Below are positions 56,203 through 64,000 of a stretch of 64,000 nucleotides of DNA, one piece after another. The position numbers and the translations under genes are program-made. The notes beneath the pieces are model-generated. The model was not told the origin of the DNA and ran no database searches. It saw only the letters and a program-made list of their open reading frames with translations. Within the stretch, counting starts at the first letter, position 1. Each line of letters starts with the position of its first letter. The DNA comes from an uncultured Pelagibacteraceae bacterium (GTDB taxonomy: Bacteria; Pseudomonadota; Alphaproteobacteria; Pelagibacterales; Pelagibacteraceae): positions 10,169 through 74,168 of the forward strand of contig CACCZY010000002.1 in the NCBI GenBank assembly GCA_902550635.1. The letters run 5' to 3'.

Positions 56203-57831
56203 ATGAGCCATTACGATAAAAATTTAGATAAAAATAATGCAAATTTCGTACCATTAACTCCTTTATCTTTTTTACAAAGAGCAAAAGATATTTACCCTAA
56301 TTATGAGGCAATAGTTTATGAGGATCGAAAATATACCTGGAGTGATGTTTATAAAAGATGTGTAAAATTTGCTAGTGCCTTAGAAAAAATTGGTATTAAA
56401 AAAGGAGATACTGTTTCTTTTTTAGCTTTTAATACCCCAGAAATTTTTGAAGCTCATTACTCTGTTCCTATGACTGGAGGGGTGCTTAATACAATTAACA
56501 TCAGGCTAGACGCTAAGACAATTGCATACATATTAGATCATAGTGATGCCAAGGTCTTAGTTGTAGACAGACAACTTCATGTAGAAGTTAAAAAAGCATT
56601 AAGTTCTTTAAAAAAAAAAATTACTATAATTGACATAAATGATAATCATGCAGACCAATCGAAATTAGAAAAAATTGGAGATCTAGAGTATGAAGAATTT
56701 TTGAAAACTGGTGATGAAAATTATATTTGGAAAATGCCAGACGATGAATGGCAAGCTATTTCTTTGAGTTATACTTCAGGTACAACTGGAAATCCAAAAG
56801 GAGTTGTTTATCATCACAGAGGCTCATATTTAATGTCCACAGGTAGTGCAACAGCCTGGAATATGCCAAATAGATTAAATTTTTTAACTATTGTACCTAT
56901 GTTTCATTGTAATGGTTGGTGCTATCCTTGGACAATTCCTATGTTAAATGGGAGAACAATTTGTTTACGAAATATTGATATTAAAAAAATTTTTGATCTA
57001 ATTGACAAATATAATGTAACTCATTTTGGAGGTGCTCCAATAGTTTTAAATATGATCACAGGAGCTCCTGAAAGTGATAGAAAAAAATTAAAACAAAAAG
57101 TTTACGTATTAACCGCCGGAGCTCCACCTCCAAGTATTATTTTTAAAAAAATGAAAAGTCTTGGATTTGAAGTAATGCATGTTTATGGTTTAACCGAAAC
57201 TTATGGACATGTAACACAATGTGCATGGAATGAATCTTGGAACGATTTAGAAGAAGAAAAACAAAATGAGATCAAAGCTAGACAAGGAGTAAGATATCCT
57301 AACACAGAAGGAGTAACTATTATGGACCCTGAAACTATGAAAGAAGTTCCAAGAGATGGCAAAACAATAGGGGAAATAATGATAAGAGGAAATGTGGTGA
57401 TGAAAGGCTACTTTAAGGATAAAGATGCTACAGATAAGGCAATGAAAGGTGGCTGGTTTCATACTGGTGATTTAGCTGTAATGCATCCAGATGGTTATGT
57501 TAAAATACAAGATAGATCTAAAGATATAATTATTTCTGGAGGCGAGAATATATCATCAATTGAGATAGAAAATACTCTAGCAAAACATCCCTCAGTTTCT
57601 ATTGCTGCGGTAGTAGCAAAACCTGATGAAAAATGGGGCGAGGTACCTTGCGCTTTTATAGAAATGGTTAAAGATAAGCCAGTTACTGAAAAAGAACTTA
57701 TAGCTTTTTGCAAAGAAACTCTTGCAAGTTTTAAAGTTCCTAAAAAGGTTGAATTTTGTGACTTACCCAAGACATCAACAGGAAAAATACAAAAATTTGA
57801 ATTAAGAAAAAAGGCTAAGGAGCTCAACTGA
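56203..57831 (+). CDS. dmdB: AMP-forming acyl-CoA ligase, probable MMPA-CoA ligase DmdB
   Basis: ANFVPLTPLSFL, YTSGTTGNPKG, MFHCNGW, YGLTETYG, DRSKDIIISGGEN, LPKTSTGK; context. Confidence 0.85.
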   Translation: MSHYDKNLDKNNANFVPLTPLSFLQRAKDIYPNYEAIVYEDRKYTWSDVYKRCVKFASALEKIGIKKGDTVSFLAFNTPEIFEAHYSVPMTGGVLNTINIRLDAKTIAYILDHSDAKVLVVDRQLHVEVKKALSSLKKKITIIDINDNHADQSKLEKIGDLEYEEFLKTGDENYIWKMPDDEWQAISLSYTSGTTGNPKGVVYHHRGSYLMSTGSATAWNMPNRLNFLTIVPMFHCNGWCYPWTIPMLNGRTICLRNIDIKKIFDLIDKYNVTHFGGAPIVLNMITGAPESDRKKLKQKVYVLTAGAPPPSIIFKKMKSLGFEVMHVYGLTETYGHVTQCAWNESWNDLEEEKQNEIKARQGVRYPNTEGVTIMDPETMKEVPRDGKTIGEIMIRGNVVMKGYFKDKDATDKAMKGGWFHTGDLAVMHPDGYVKIQDRSKDIIISGGENISSIEIENTLAKHPSVSIAAVVAKPDEKWGEVPCAFIEMVKDKPVTEKELIAFCKETLASFKVPKKVEFCDLPKTSTGKIQKFELRKKAKELN

Positions 57832-58607
57832 ATTTAAACGTTAACGAGAAAAACGTGTTCGTCTCAACTGGCGGCATGGAGATTGATAATACAAAACCCA
57901 CCATATTGCTGATGCATGGCAGTGGTTTAAGTCATATAGTTTGGTCTCTTCATGAACAATTTTACACATCACAAGGATTTAATGTTTTAGCAATAGATTT
58001 ACCAGGTCATGGAAACTCTGATGGCCCTGCTCTTAAATCTATTCAAGAAATTTCGGATTGGGTAAAAAATTTAATGAAAGTAGTAAATGTTAACAAAATT
58101 ATTATTATAGGTCACTCTCAAGGTTCTTTAGTTGGAATTGATTTTGGTTCGAGATATCCAGATTTAATAGATAAATTAGTTTTAGTTGCAGGATCATATA
58201 GAATGCCAGTTAATCAAGATTTAATAGATTTAGCGGAAGCAGGCGATGAAAAAGCAATATTATTAATGATGAAGTGGGGTTATGAAGGATCAAAAGCATT
58301 TATAGGAGGAAATCCTGTAAAAAAAATAATTAACTCAACAAGAGAAATAAGAGAAATATTGGCAGTGGACTTAAATGCTTGCAACAATTACAAAGATGGC
58401 AAAGAATCTTTGGAAAAAATTAATTGTCCAACATTGTGTATATTTGGTGATTTAGATAAAATGGTTCCATTAGAAGTGGGAAATAAAATGGCTGCAATGA
58501 TAAAAAATTCTGAAAAGAAAATAATTAATAATTGTGGACATATGATAATTTTTGAAAAAGCTTTTGAAATGAGAAAACTTGTAAAAGAATTTTTATCTAA
58601 ATTATAA
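57828..58607 (+). CDS. alpha/beta-fold hydrolase within the dmd cluster (probable CTG start)
   Basis: HGSG, DLPGHG, GHSQG nucleophile elbow, GDLDKM, CGHM; SD TAAGGAG 5 nt before an in-frame CTG at 57828 (ORF track starts at GTG 57855). Confidence 0.85.
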   Translation: MNLNVNEKNVFVSTGGMEIDNTKPTILLMHGSGLSHIVWSLHEQFYTSQGFNVLAIDLPGHGNSDGPALKSIQEISDWVKNLMKVVNVNKIIIIGHSQGSLVGIDFGSRYPDLIDKLVLVAGSYRMPVNQDLIDLAEAGDEKAILLMMKWGYEGSKAFIGGNPVKKIINSTREIREILAVDLNACNNYKDGKESLEKINCPTLCIFGDLDKMVPLEVGNKMAAMIKNSEKKIINNCGHMIIFEKAFEMRKLVKEFLSKL

Positions 58608-58609
58608 AA

Positions 58610-59719
58610 ATGAAAAATTATTTTATAGCCAGATCTAGAAGACTTAGGAGCACACCTTATACTTCAAGAATTGAAAAACAAGGTGTTACTTCTTACACAT
58701 CTTATAATCATATGCTTTTGCCAGCAGCATTTGGTTCATTAGAAGATTCTTATCATCATCTTAAAGAAAATGTACAAATTTGGGATGTTGCTGGAGAAAG
58801 ACAGGTTGAAATATTAGGAAAAGATGCTGCTAAATTAGTTCAATTAATGACATGCAGAGATCTTTCAAAATCAAAAATAGGAAGATGTTATTATTGTCCA
58901 ATTATAGATGATAAGGCAGGTTTAATTAATGATCCTGTTATATTAAAACTTGATGAAAATCGTTGGTGGATTTCAATAGCAGATTCAGATGTAATTTTAT
59001 TTGCAAAAGGTTTGGCTATTGGAAATAAATTTGATGTTAAAATATTTGAACCAAACGTAAACATTCTAGCAGTACAAGGACCAAAATCTTACAAACTTAT
59101 GGAAAAATTATTTGGAAGAAAAATTACTGACATGAAATTTTTTGGTTTTGATTATTTTGAATATAGTAAATCAAAACATTTAATCGCTAGATCAGGTTGG
59201 TCAAAACAAGGTGGTTATGAAATTTATGTAGAAAATGAAAAGTCAGGACTAGCTTTATATGATAAATTATTTGAAATAGGGAAAGAATTTAATGTCAAGC
59301 CAGGATGTCCAAATTTGATAGAAAGAATTGAAAGTGCTTTATTATCATATGGAAATGATATGGATAATGAAGATAATCCTCTTGAATGCGGTTTAGAAAA
59401 ATATGTAAATTTAGATTCAGATGTAAATTTTCTTGGAAAAGAAAGACTTAAAGAAGTAAAAAAAAAAGGTATTACAAGAAAACTAATGGGAGTAATGATT
59501 GAAGCAAAAGAAATAAATGTTTCTAAATCTATCAGTTTAGTTGATCACAAAAATTTAAAAATAGGCGAGTTAAGATCTGGTGTTTATTCTCCTTATTTTA
59601 AAAAAGTAATTGGAATTGCAATGTTAGATAAACCTTATTTTAAAGTTTCTCAAACATTTAAAATATCAATAAATGATACTGTTTTTGAGGGAAAAGTTTG
59701 CGATTTACCTTTCATTTAG
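58610..59719 (+). CDS. dmdA: dimethylsulfoniopropionate demethylase
   Basis: GcvT fold with the DmdA-type N-terminus [52 protein letters not shown]. Confidence 0.92.
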   Translation: MKNYFIARSRRLRSTPYTSRIEKQGVTSYTSYNHMLLPAAFGSLEDSYHHLKENVQIWDVAGERQVEILGKDAAKLVQLMTCRDLSKSKIGRCYYCPIIDDKAGLINDPVILKLDENRWWISIADSDVILFAKGLAIGNKFDVKIFEPNVNILAVQGPKSYKLMEKLFGRKITDMKFFGFDYFEYSKSKHLIARSGWSKQGGYEIYVENEKSGLALYDKLFEIGKEFNVKPGCPNLIERIESALLSYGNDMDNEDNPLECGLEKYVNLDSDVNFLGKERLKEVKKKGITRKLMGVMIEAKEINVSKSISLVDHKNLKIGELRSGVYSPYFKKVIGIAMLDKPYFKVSQTFKISINDTVFEGKVCDLPFI

Positions 59720-59734
59720 TATAACTAAATCATC

Positions 59735-60745
59735 ATGAATATAGCAATAGTAGGAGCAACAGGAAATGTTGGAAGAAAAATAATTGAAGTTTTGGAAAAT
59801 AAAAATTTTCCAATTTCTGAATTATTTTTAATTGCTTCGTCTAAAAGTGCAGGAAAAAAAATTAATTTTAAAGATAAAGAACTAATAGTTATTGATCTAG
59901 AAAAATTTGATTTTTCAAAAGTAAAAATTGCTTTTTTTGCGGCAGGAAGTACTATTGCAGAAAAGTGGGCCCATAAGGTAGCAGCAAAAACAATAGTAAT
60001 AGATAATTCAAAATTTTTTAGAAAAGATTTAGATGTTCCTTTGGTGGTACCTGAAGTGAATTCAAAAGAATTAGTTCATTTTAAAAATAAAAATATAATA
60101 GCAAATGCAAATTGTTCAGTTATACCACTTGTTGTAGCTTTAAAACCTTTACATGACTTGTACACTGTTAAAAGAATTGTTGTATCAACTTATCAGTCAG
60201 TTTCTGGTGCGGGCAAAGCACCTATGGATGAATTATTGTCTCAAACACAAGAATATTTTGAAAATAAAAAATTAAAATCAAAATATTTTACAAAACAAAT
60301 AGCATTCAATGTTATTCCACATATCGACAGTTTTTTGGAAAATGGCTATACCAAAGAAGAACAAAAAACTAGCGATGAGGTTAAAAAAATTTTAGATAAA
60401 AAAATAAAAATTACATCTACTTGTGTTAGAATACCTGTTCTAGTTTCACATTCAATGAGTGTTAATGTAGAATTCGATAAAAAATGCAATTTAGAAGAAA
60501 TTAAAAATGTTTTATCTACATCGCCGGGATGCAAGGTTGTTGATGAACAAAAAGATGGTGGATATATAACACCAGTTGAAGCAGAAAATAAATATGAAAC
60601 ATTTATTTCAAGAATTAGACAGGATGATTCTCAACCTAATACTGTAAATTTGTGGATTGTTTCTGATAACTTGCTTAAAGGCGCAGCATTAAATGCGGTT
60701 GAAATTGCTGAAAGTTTAATTAAAAAAAATTTACATGAAAGATAA
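59735..60745 (+). CDS. asd: aspartate-semialdehyde dehydrogenase
   Basis: IVGATGNVG, VIDNS, PLVVPEVN, ANANCS, YQSVSGAG, CVRIPV, DNLLKGAALNAV. Confidence 0.94.
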   Translation: MNIAIVGATGNVGRKIIEVLENKNFPISELFLIASSKSAGKKINFKDKELIVIDLEKFDFSKVKIAFFAAGSTIAEKWAHKVAAKTIVIDNSKFFRKDLDVPLVVPEVNSKELVHFKNKNIIANANCSVIPLVVALKPLHDLYTVKRIVVSTYQSVSGAGKAPMDELLSQTQEYFENKKLKSKYFTKQIAFNVIPHIDSFLENGYTKEEQKTSDEVKKILDKKIKITSTCVRIPVLVSHSMSVNVEFDKKCNLEEIKNVLSTSPGCKVVDEQKDGGYITPVEAENKYETFISRIRQDDSQPNTVNLWIVSDNLLKGAALNAVEIAESLIKKNLHER

Positions 60746-61115
60746 AAATCCTTTATCACCTCATATACAAATTTATAGTTGGCATATATCTTCTTTAGTT
60801 TCAATCTCTCATAGAATAACAGGCATATTAAATATAATAATTGTAACTTTAATATGCTTTTGGATAGCATTTTTGTTTTTTGGAAATACAAGTTATGAAT
60901 TACTACAGAAATTTTTTGATACATATTTTGGTAAATTTTTAATTACCGGCACGGTTTGGTCTTTTTCGTTTCAAATTTTGAGTGAAGTTAGGCATATTTT
61001 TTTTGATTTGGGTTATGGATTTGAATTAAAGACTTCGAATATAACAGGTTTATTAGTTATTTTTGGATCATTTTTTCTAACAATTTTAATTTTAATGCAA
61101 AATTTATTTATATGA
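60735..61115 (+). CDS. sdhC: succinate dehydrogenase membrane anchor SdhC
   Basis: NPLSPHIQIY, SISHRITG, RHIFFDLG; first gene of sdhCDAB. Confidence 0.93.
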   Translation: MKDKNPLSPHIQIYSWHISSLVSISHRITGILNIIIVTLICFWIAFLFFGNTSYELLQKFFDTYFGKFLITGTVWSFSFQILSEVRHIFFDLGYGFELKTSNITGLLVIFGSFFLTILILMQNLFI

Positions 61116-61441
61116 TTAATGCAACAAAAAAATGGATATTTTTAAAAATTAGTTCAGTAATAGTAATTCCATTAATGATATGGTTTTTGATTAATTTAGT
61201 ATCATTCTATGATAAATCTTATGATGAAGTATTATTATTTTTTACAAGTCAACCGACAAAATTTTTATTTTCATTATTTATTATTTTTGCATATTTTTAT
61301 TCTGCACTTAGTATTAGTGAGGTTTTTGAGGATTATATTGAAAATGAAGAATTAAAAAATGTCGCAAACAAATTACTTTATTTATTTGCTATAATAATTC
61401 CAATATCAACACTATTTTTATTATATAAATTAAGTTTATGA
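61112..61441 (+). CDS. sdhD: succinate dehydrogenase membrane anchor SdhD
   Basis: three TM, EVFEDYI motif, position between sdhC and sdhA. Confidence 0.9.
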   Translation: MINATKKWIFLKISSVIVIPLMIWFLINLVSFYDKSYDEVLLFFTSQPTKFLFSLFIIFAYFYSALSISEVFEDYIENEELKNVANKLLYLFAIIIPISTLFLLYKLSL

Positions 61442-63213
61442 ACTCATATAAAATTATAGAACATGAATATGATGTTGTTGTTTTAGGGGCCGGAGGAGCA
61501 GGATTAAGAGCCGCAGTTGGCCTTAGTGAAGCTGGATTAAAAACAGCTTGTATATCAAAGGTTTTTCCTACTCGAAGTCATACTTCAGCAGCTCAAGGAG
61601 GTATTTCAGCAGCGCTTGGGAATATGGGTGAAGATGATTGGAGATGGCATATGTATGATACAGTCAAAGGATCAGATTGGTTAGGTGATCAAGATTGTAT
61701 TGAATATTTATGCAAAGAAGCTCCAAGAGCTGTTTTAGAATTAGAAAGGTATGGAGTTCCATTTAGTCGTACTGAAGATGGTAAAATTTATCAAAGGCAA
61801 TTTGGTGGAATGACAAAAAATTATGGTAATGAGGCTGTTCAAAGAACTTGTGCTGCAGCAGATAGAACAGGTCATGCAATACTGCACACAATGTATGGTC
61901 AAGCACTAAAACATAATACAGAATTTTTTATTGAGTATTTTGCATTAGATCTGTTAATGAAAAATGGTGAGTGCAAAGGTTTAATAGCTTGGAATTTAAA
62001 TGATGGAACTATACACAGATTTAGAGCTCATATAACTATAGTTGCTACAGGTGGGTATGGAAAAACATATTATTCATCAACATCTGCTCACACTTGTACA
62101 GGGGATGGAAATGCTATGGTTTTAAGAGCAGGGCTACCGTTACAGGACATGGAATTTGTTCAATTTCACCCAACAGGAATTTATGGTCATGGAACTTTAA
62201 TATCAGAAGGTGTTAGAGGTGAAGGAGGTTACTTATTGAATTCTAAGGGAGAAAGATTTATGGAACGATATGCTCCCAAAGCTAAAGATCTTGCATCTAG
62301 AGATGTAGTTAGCAGGTCAATAGCAATTGAAATTAATGAAGGAAGAGGAGTTGGAAAAGAAAAAGATCATGTTCATCTTCACTTAAATCATTTAGATCCA
62401 AAAGTAATTGAGAAAAGACTTCCAGGAATTTCAGAGTCCTCAAGATTGTTTGCAGATGTTGACGTAACAAAAGAGCCAATACCTGTTGTTCCTACAGTGC
62501 ACTATAATATGGGAGGTATTCCAACCAATTATAAAGCAGAAGTTATAACTGTAGATGGTTCTGAAAGAGTTGTTCCTGGACTTATGGCAATAGGAGAAGC
62601 AGCATGTGTTTCCGTACATGGAGCTAATAGATTAGGATCAAATTCGCTAATTGACCTTGTAGTTTTTGGAAGAGCCGCAGCAAAAAGAGCTGCAGAATTG
62701 GTAAAACCTGGCACTCCACATGAACAAATCTTGAATTCCGAAACAGATAAATGTTTGGAAAGATTCGAAAAATTAAGAAATGGTAATGGCAATAATAGAA
62801 CGGCAGATCTAAGATTAGCAATGCAAAAAACTATGCAATCAAAATGTGCAGTGTTTAGAACAGAAAAAACTTTAAAGGAAGGTGTCGATGAAATTAGAAA
62901 ACCATATGAAGGAATGGACTCGATCTCTGTAAAGGATAAATCTTTAATTTTTAATACTGATTTAGTAGAAACTTTAGAATTTGATAACTTAATTAGGCAA
63001 GCGATAGTTACATTAGATTCTGCTTATGAAAGAAAAGAAAGCAGAGGGGCGCATGCAAGAGAAGATCATCCTAAAAGAGATGATAATAAATTTATGAAAC
63101 ATACATTATCTTGGTGCGAAGGAAGTAAAACAAAAATTTCTTATAGAGATGTACATAGATCAACACTGTCAAATGATGTACAATACTTTCCTCCACAAGA
63201 AAGGGTTTATTAA
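61438..63213 (+). CDS. sdhA: succinate dehydrogenase flavoprotein
   Basis: [20 protein letters not shown] (FAD His), [25 protein letters not shown]. Confidence 0.98.
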   Translation: MNSYKIIEHEYDVVVLGAGGAGLRAAVGLSEAGLKTACISKVFPTRSHTSAAQGGISAALGNMGEDDWRWHMYDTVKGSDWLGDQDCIEYLCKEAPRAVLELERYGVPFSRTEDGKIYQRQFGGMTKNYGNEAVQRTCAAADRTGHAILHTMYGQALKHNTEFFIEYFALDLLMKNGECKGLIAWNLNDGTIHRFRAHITIVATGGYGKTYYSSTSAHTCTGDGNAMVLRAGLPLQDMEFVQFHPTGIYGHGTLISEGVRGEGGYLLNSKGERFMERYAPKAKDLASRDVVSRSIAIEINEGRGVGKEKDHVHLHLNHLDPKVIEKRLPGISESSRLFADVDVTKEPIPVVPTVHYNMGGIPTNYKAEVITVDGSERVVPGLMAIGEAACVSVHGANRLGSNSLIDLVVFGRAAAKRAAELVKPGTPHEQILNSETDKCLERFEKLRNGNGNNRTADLRLAMQKTMQSKCAVFRTEKTLKEGVDEIRKPYEGMDSISVKDKSLIFNTDLVETLEFDNLIRQAIVTLDSAYERKESRGAHAREDHPKRDDNKFMKHTLSWCEGSKTKISYRDVHRSTLSNDVQYFPPQERVY

Positions 63214-63986
63214 TGGTACAAATAAATTTACCTCAAAATTCAAAAGTTCAAAAAGGTAAATATTATAAGGATAAGACTGGTTCAAAAAATATTAGAAAGG
63301 TTAATATTTATAGATGGGACCCTTCAAATGATGAAAATCCTCGAATAGATACATATGAGGTAGATATGGATAACTGTCCATCAAAAGTATTAGATCTACT
63401 AAATAAAATTAAAAATGAAATAGATTCATCAATTGCTTATAGAAGATCTTGTGCTCACGGAGTTTGCGGTTCTTGTGCTATGAATATGGATGGAAAGAAT
63501 GGGTTAGCATGCACTAAACCTCATAAAGAAATTAAAGGAGATATTAACATTTATCCTTTGCCTCATTTAAAAGTTCAAAAAGATTTAATAGGAGATTTAA
63601 GCACATTATATAGACAATACGAGTCAGTTGAACCTTGGCTAAAAAATTCAAAAAAAAATGATGATAAGGAAAATTTGCAATCTATAGAAGACAGATCAAA
63701 ACTGGATGGTCTTTATGAGTGTATAATGTGTGCTTGTTGCTCAACTTCTTGCCCGAGCTATTGGTGGAATGGCGATAAATATCTTGGACCTGCTGTACTA
63801 CTTCAAGCTTACAGATGGATAATAGATAGTAGAGATGAAGAGAGAAAAGAAAGGTTAAAGAAAGTTGCAGATGAATTAAAACTTTATAGGTGTCATACTA
63901 TTATGAATTGTACAAATGCTTGTCCAAAAGGACTTAATCCAGCAAAAGCAATTGCATCCATAAAAAAAATGCTTGCAACAAGCTAA
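63213..63986 (+). CDS. sdhB: succinate dehydrogenase iron-sulfur subunit
   Basis: [43 protein letters not shown]. Confidence 0.98.
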   Translation: MVQINLPQNSKVQKGKYYKDKTGSKNIRKVNIYRWDPSNDENPRIDTYEVDMDNCPSKVLDLLNKIKNEIDSSIAYRRSCAHGVCGSCAMNMDGKNGLACTKPHKEIKGDINIYPLPHLKVQKDLIGDLSTLYRQYESVEPWLKNSKKNDDKENLQSIEDRSKLDGLYECIMCACCSTSCPSYWWNGDKYLGPAVLLQAYRWIIDSRDEERKERLKKVADELKLYRCHTIMNCTNACPKGLNPAKAIASIKKMLATS

Positions 63987-64000
63987 TTACTTATTTAAAC

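Noticed and set aside
58610-59719. GcvT (glycine cleavage T protein) call
   Set aside because: N-terminal and internal motifs and the dmdB/dmdC context indicate DmdA; no gcvH/gcvP nearby.
59735-60745. Asd active-site variant NANCS instead of NPNCS
   Set aside because: Catalytic Cys, Gln, Arg and His motifs are retained; most likely ordinary divergence.

Overview
Very AT-rich, tightly packed chromosomal segment of a streamlined marine alphaproteobacterium. Gene content and order (dmdC-dmdB-hydrolase-dmdA, ffh leader RNA, actP/acs, ccm operon, sdhCDAB) fit a Pelagibacterales (SAR11) genome; this assignment is inferred. The window holds about 65 CDSs, one tRNA-Gly(GCC) and a structured ffh leader. 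No integrase, transposase or CRISPR array was seen. Most genes are core: ftsK (partial), purH, rpe, acs, tsaD, hemCD, folD, argG, ccmCDEFGH, ftsY, dapF, ffh-rpsP-trmD-rplS-leuCDB, asd, sdhCDAB. There is also a DMSP demethylation cluster and an organic-acid block (two FMN alpha-hydroxy-acid oxidases, aminotransferase, FAD oxidase, 2-hydroxyacid dehydrogenase, periplasmic PQQ-type dehydrogenase, cytochrome c, TRAP transporter, amidase). Best leads: (1) SdhC and SdhD have both lost the heme-b axial histidines while keeping the quinone-site residues, suggesting a heme-free complex II anchor; (2) an intergenic 15-bp hairpin with a CU-rich anti-Shine-Dalgarno-like loop between hspQ and ccmC, a candidate sRNA; (3) a module-swapped, phage-type 'WSARKAQ' (DUF5872-like) basic protein in a small variable islet; (4) a probable CTG start translationally coupling the orphan hydrolase to dmdB; (5) a periplasmic dehydrogenase/disulfide protein/cytochrome c module next to a keto-acid-type TRAP system and amidase. 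All product calls come from motif recognition by eye; no searches were run.
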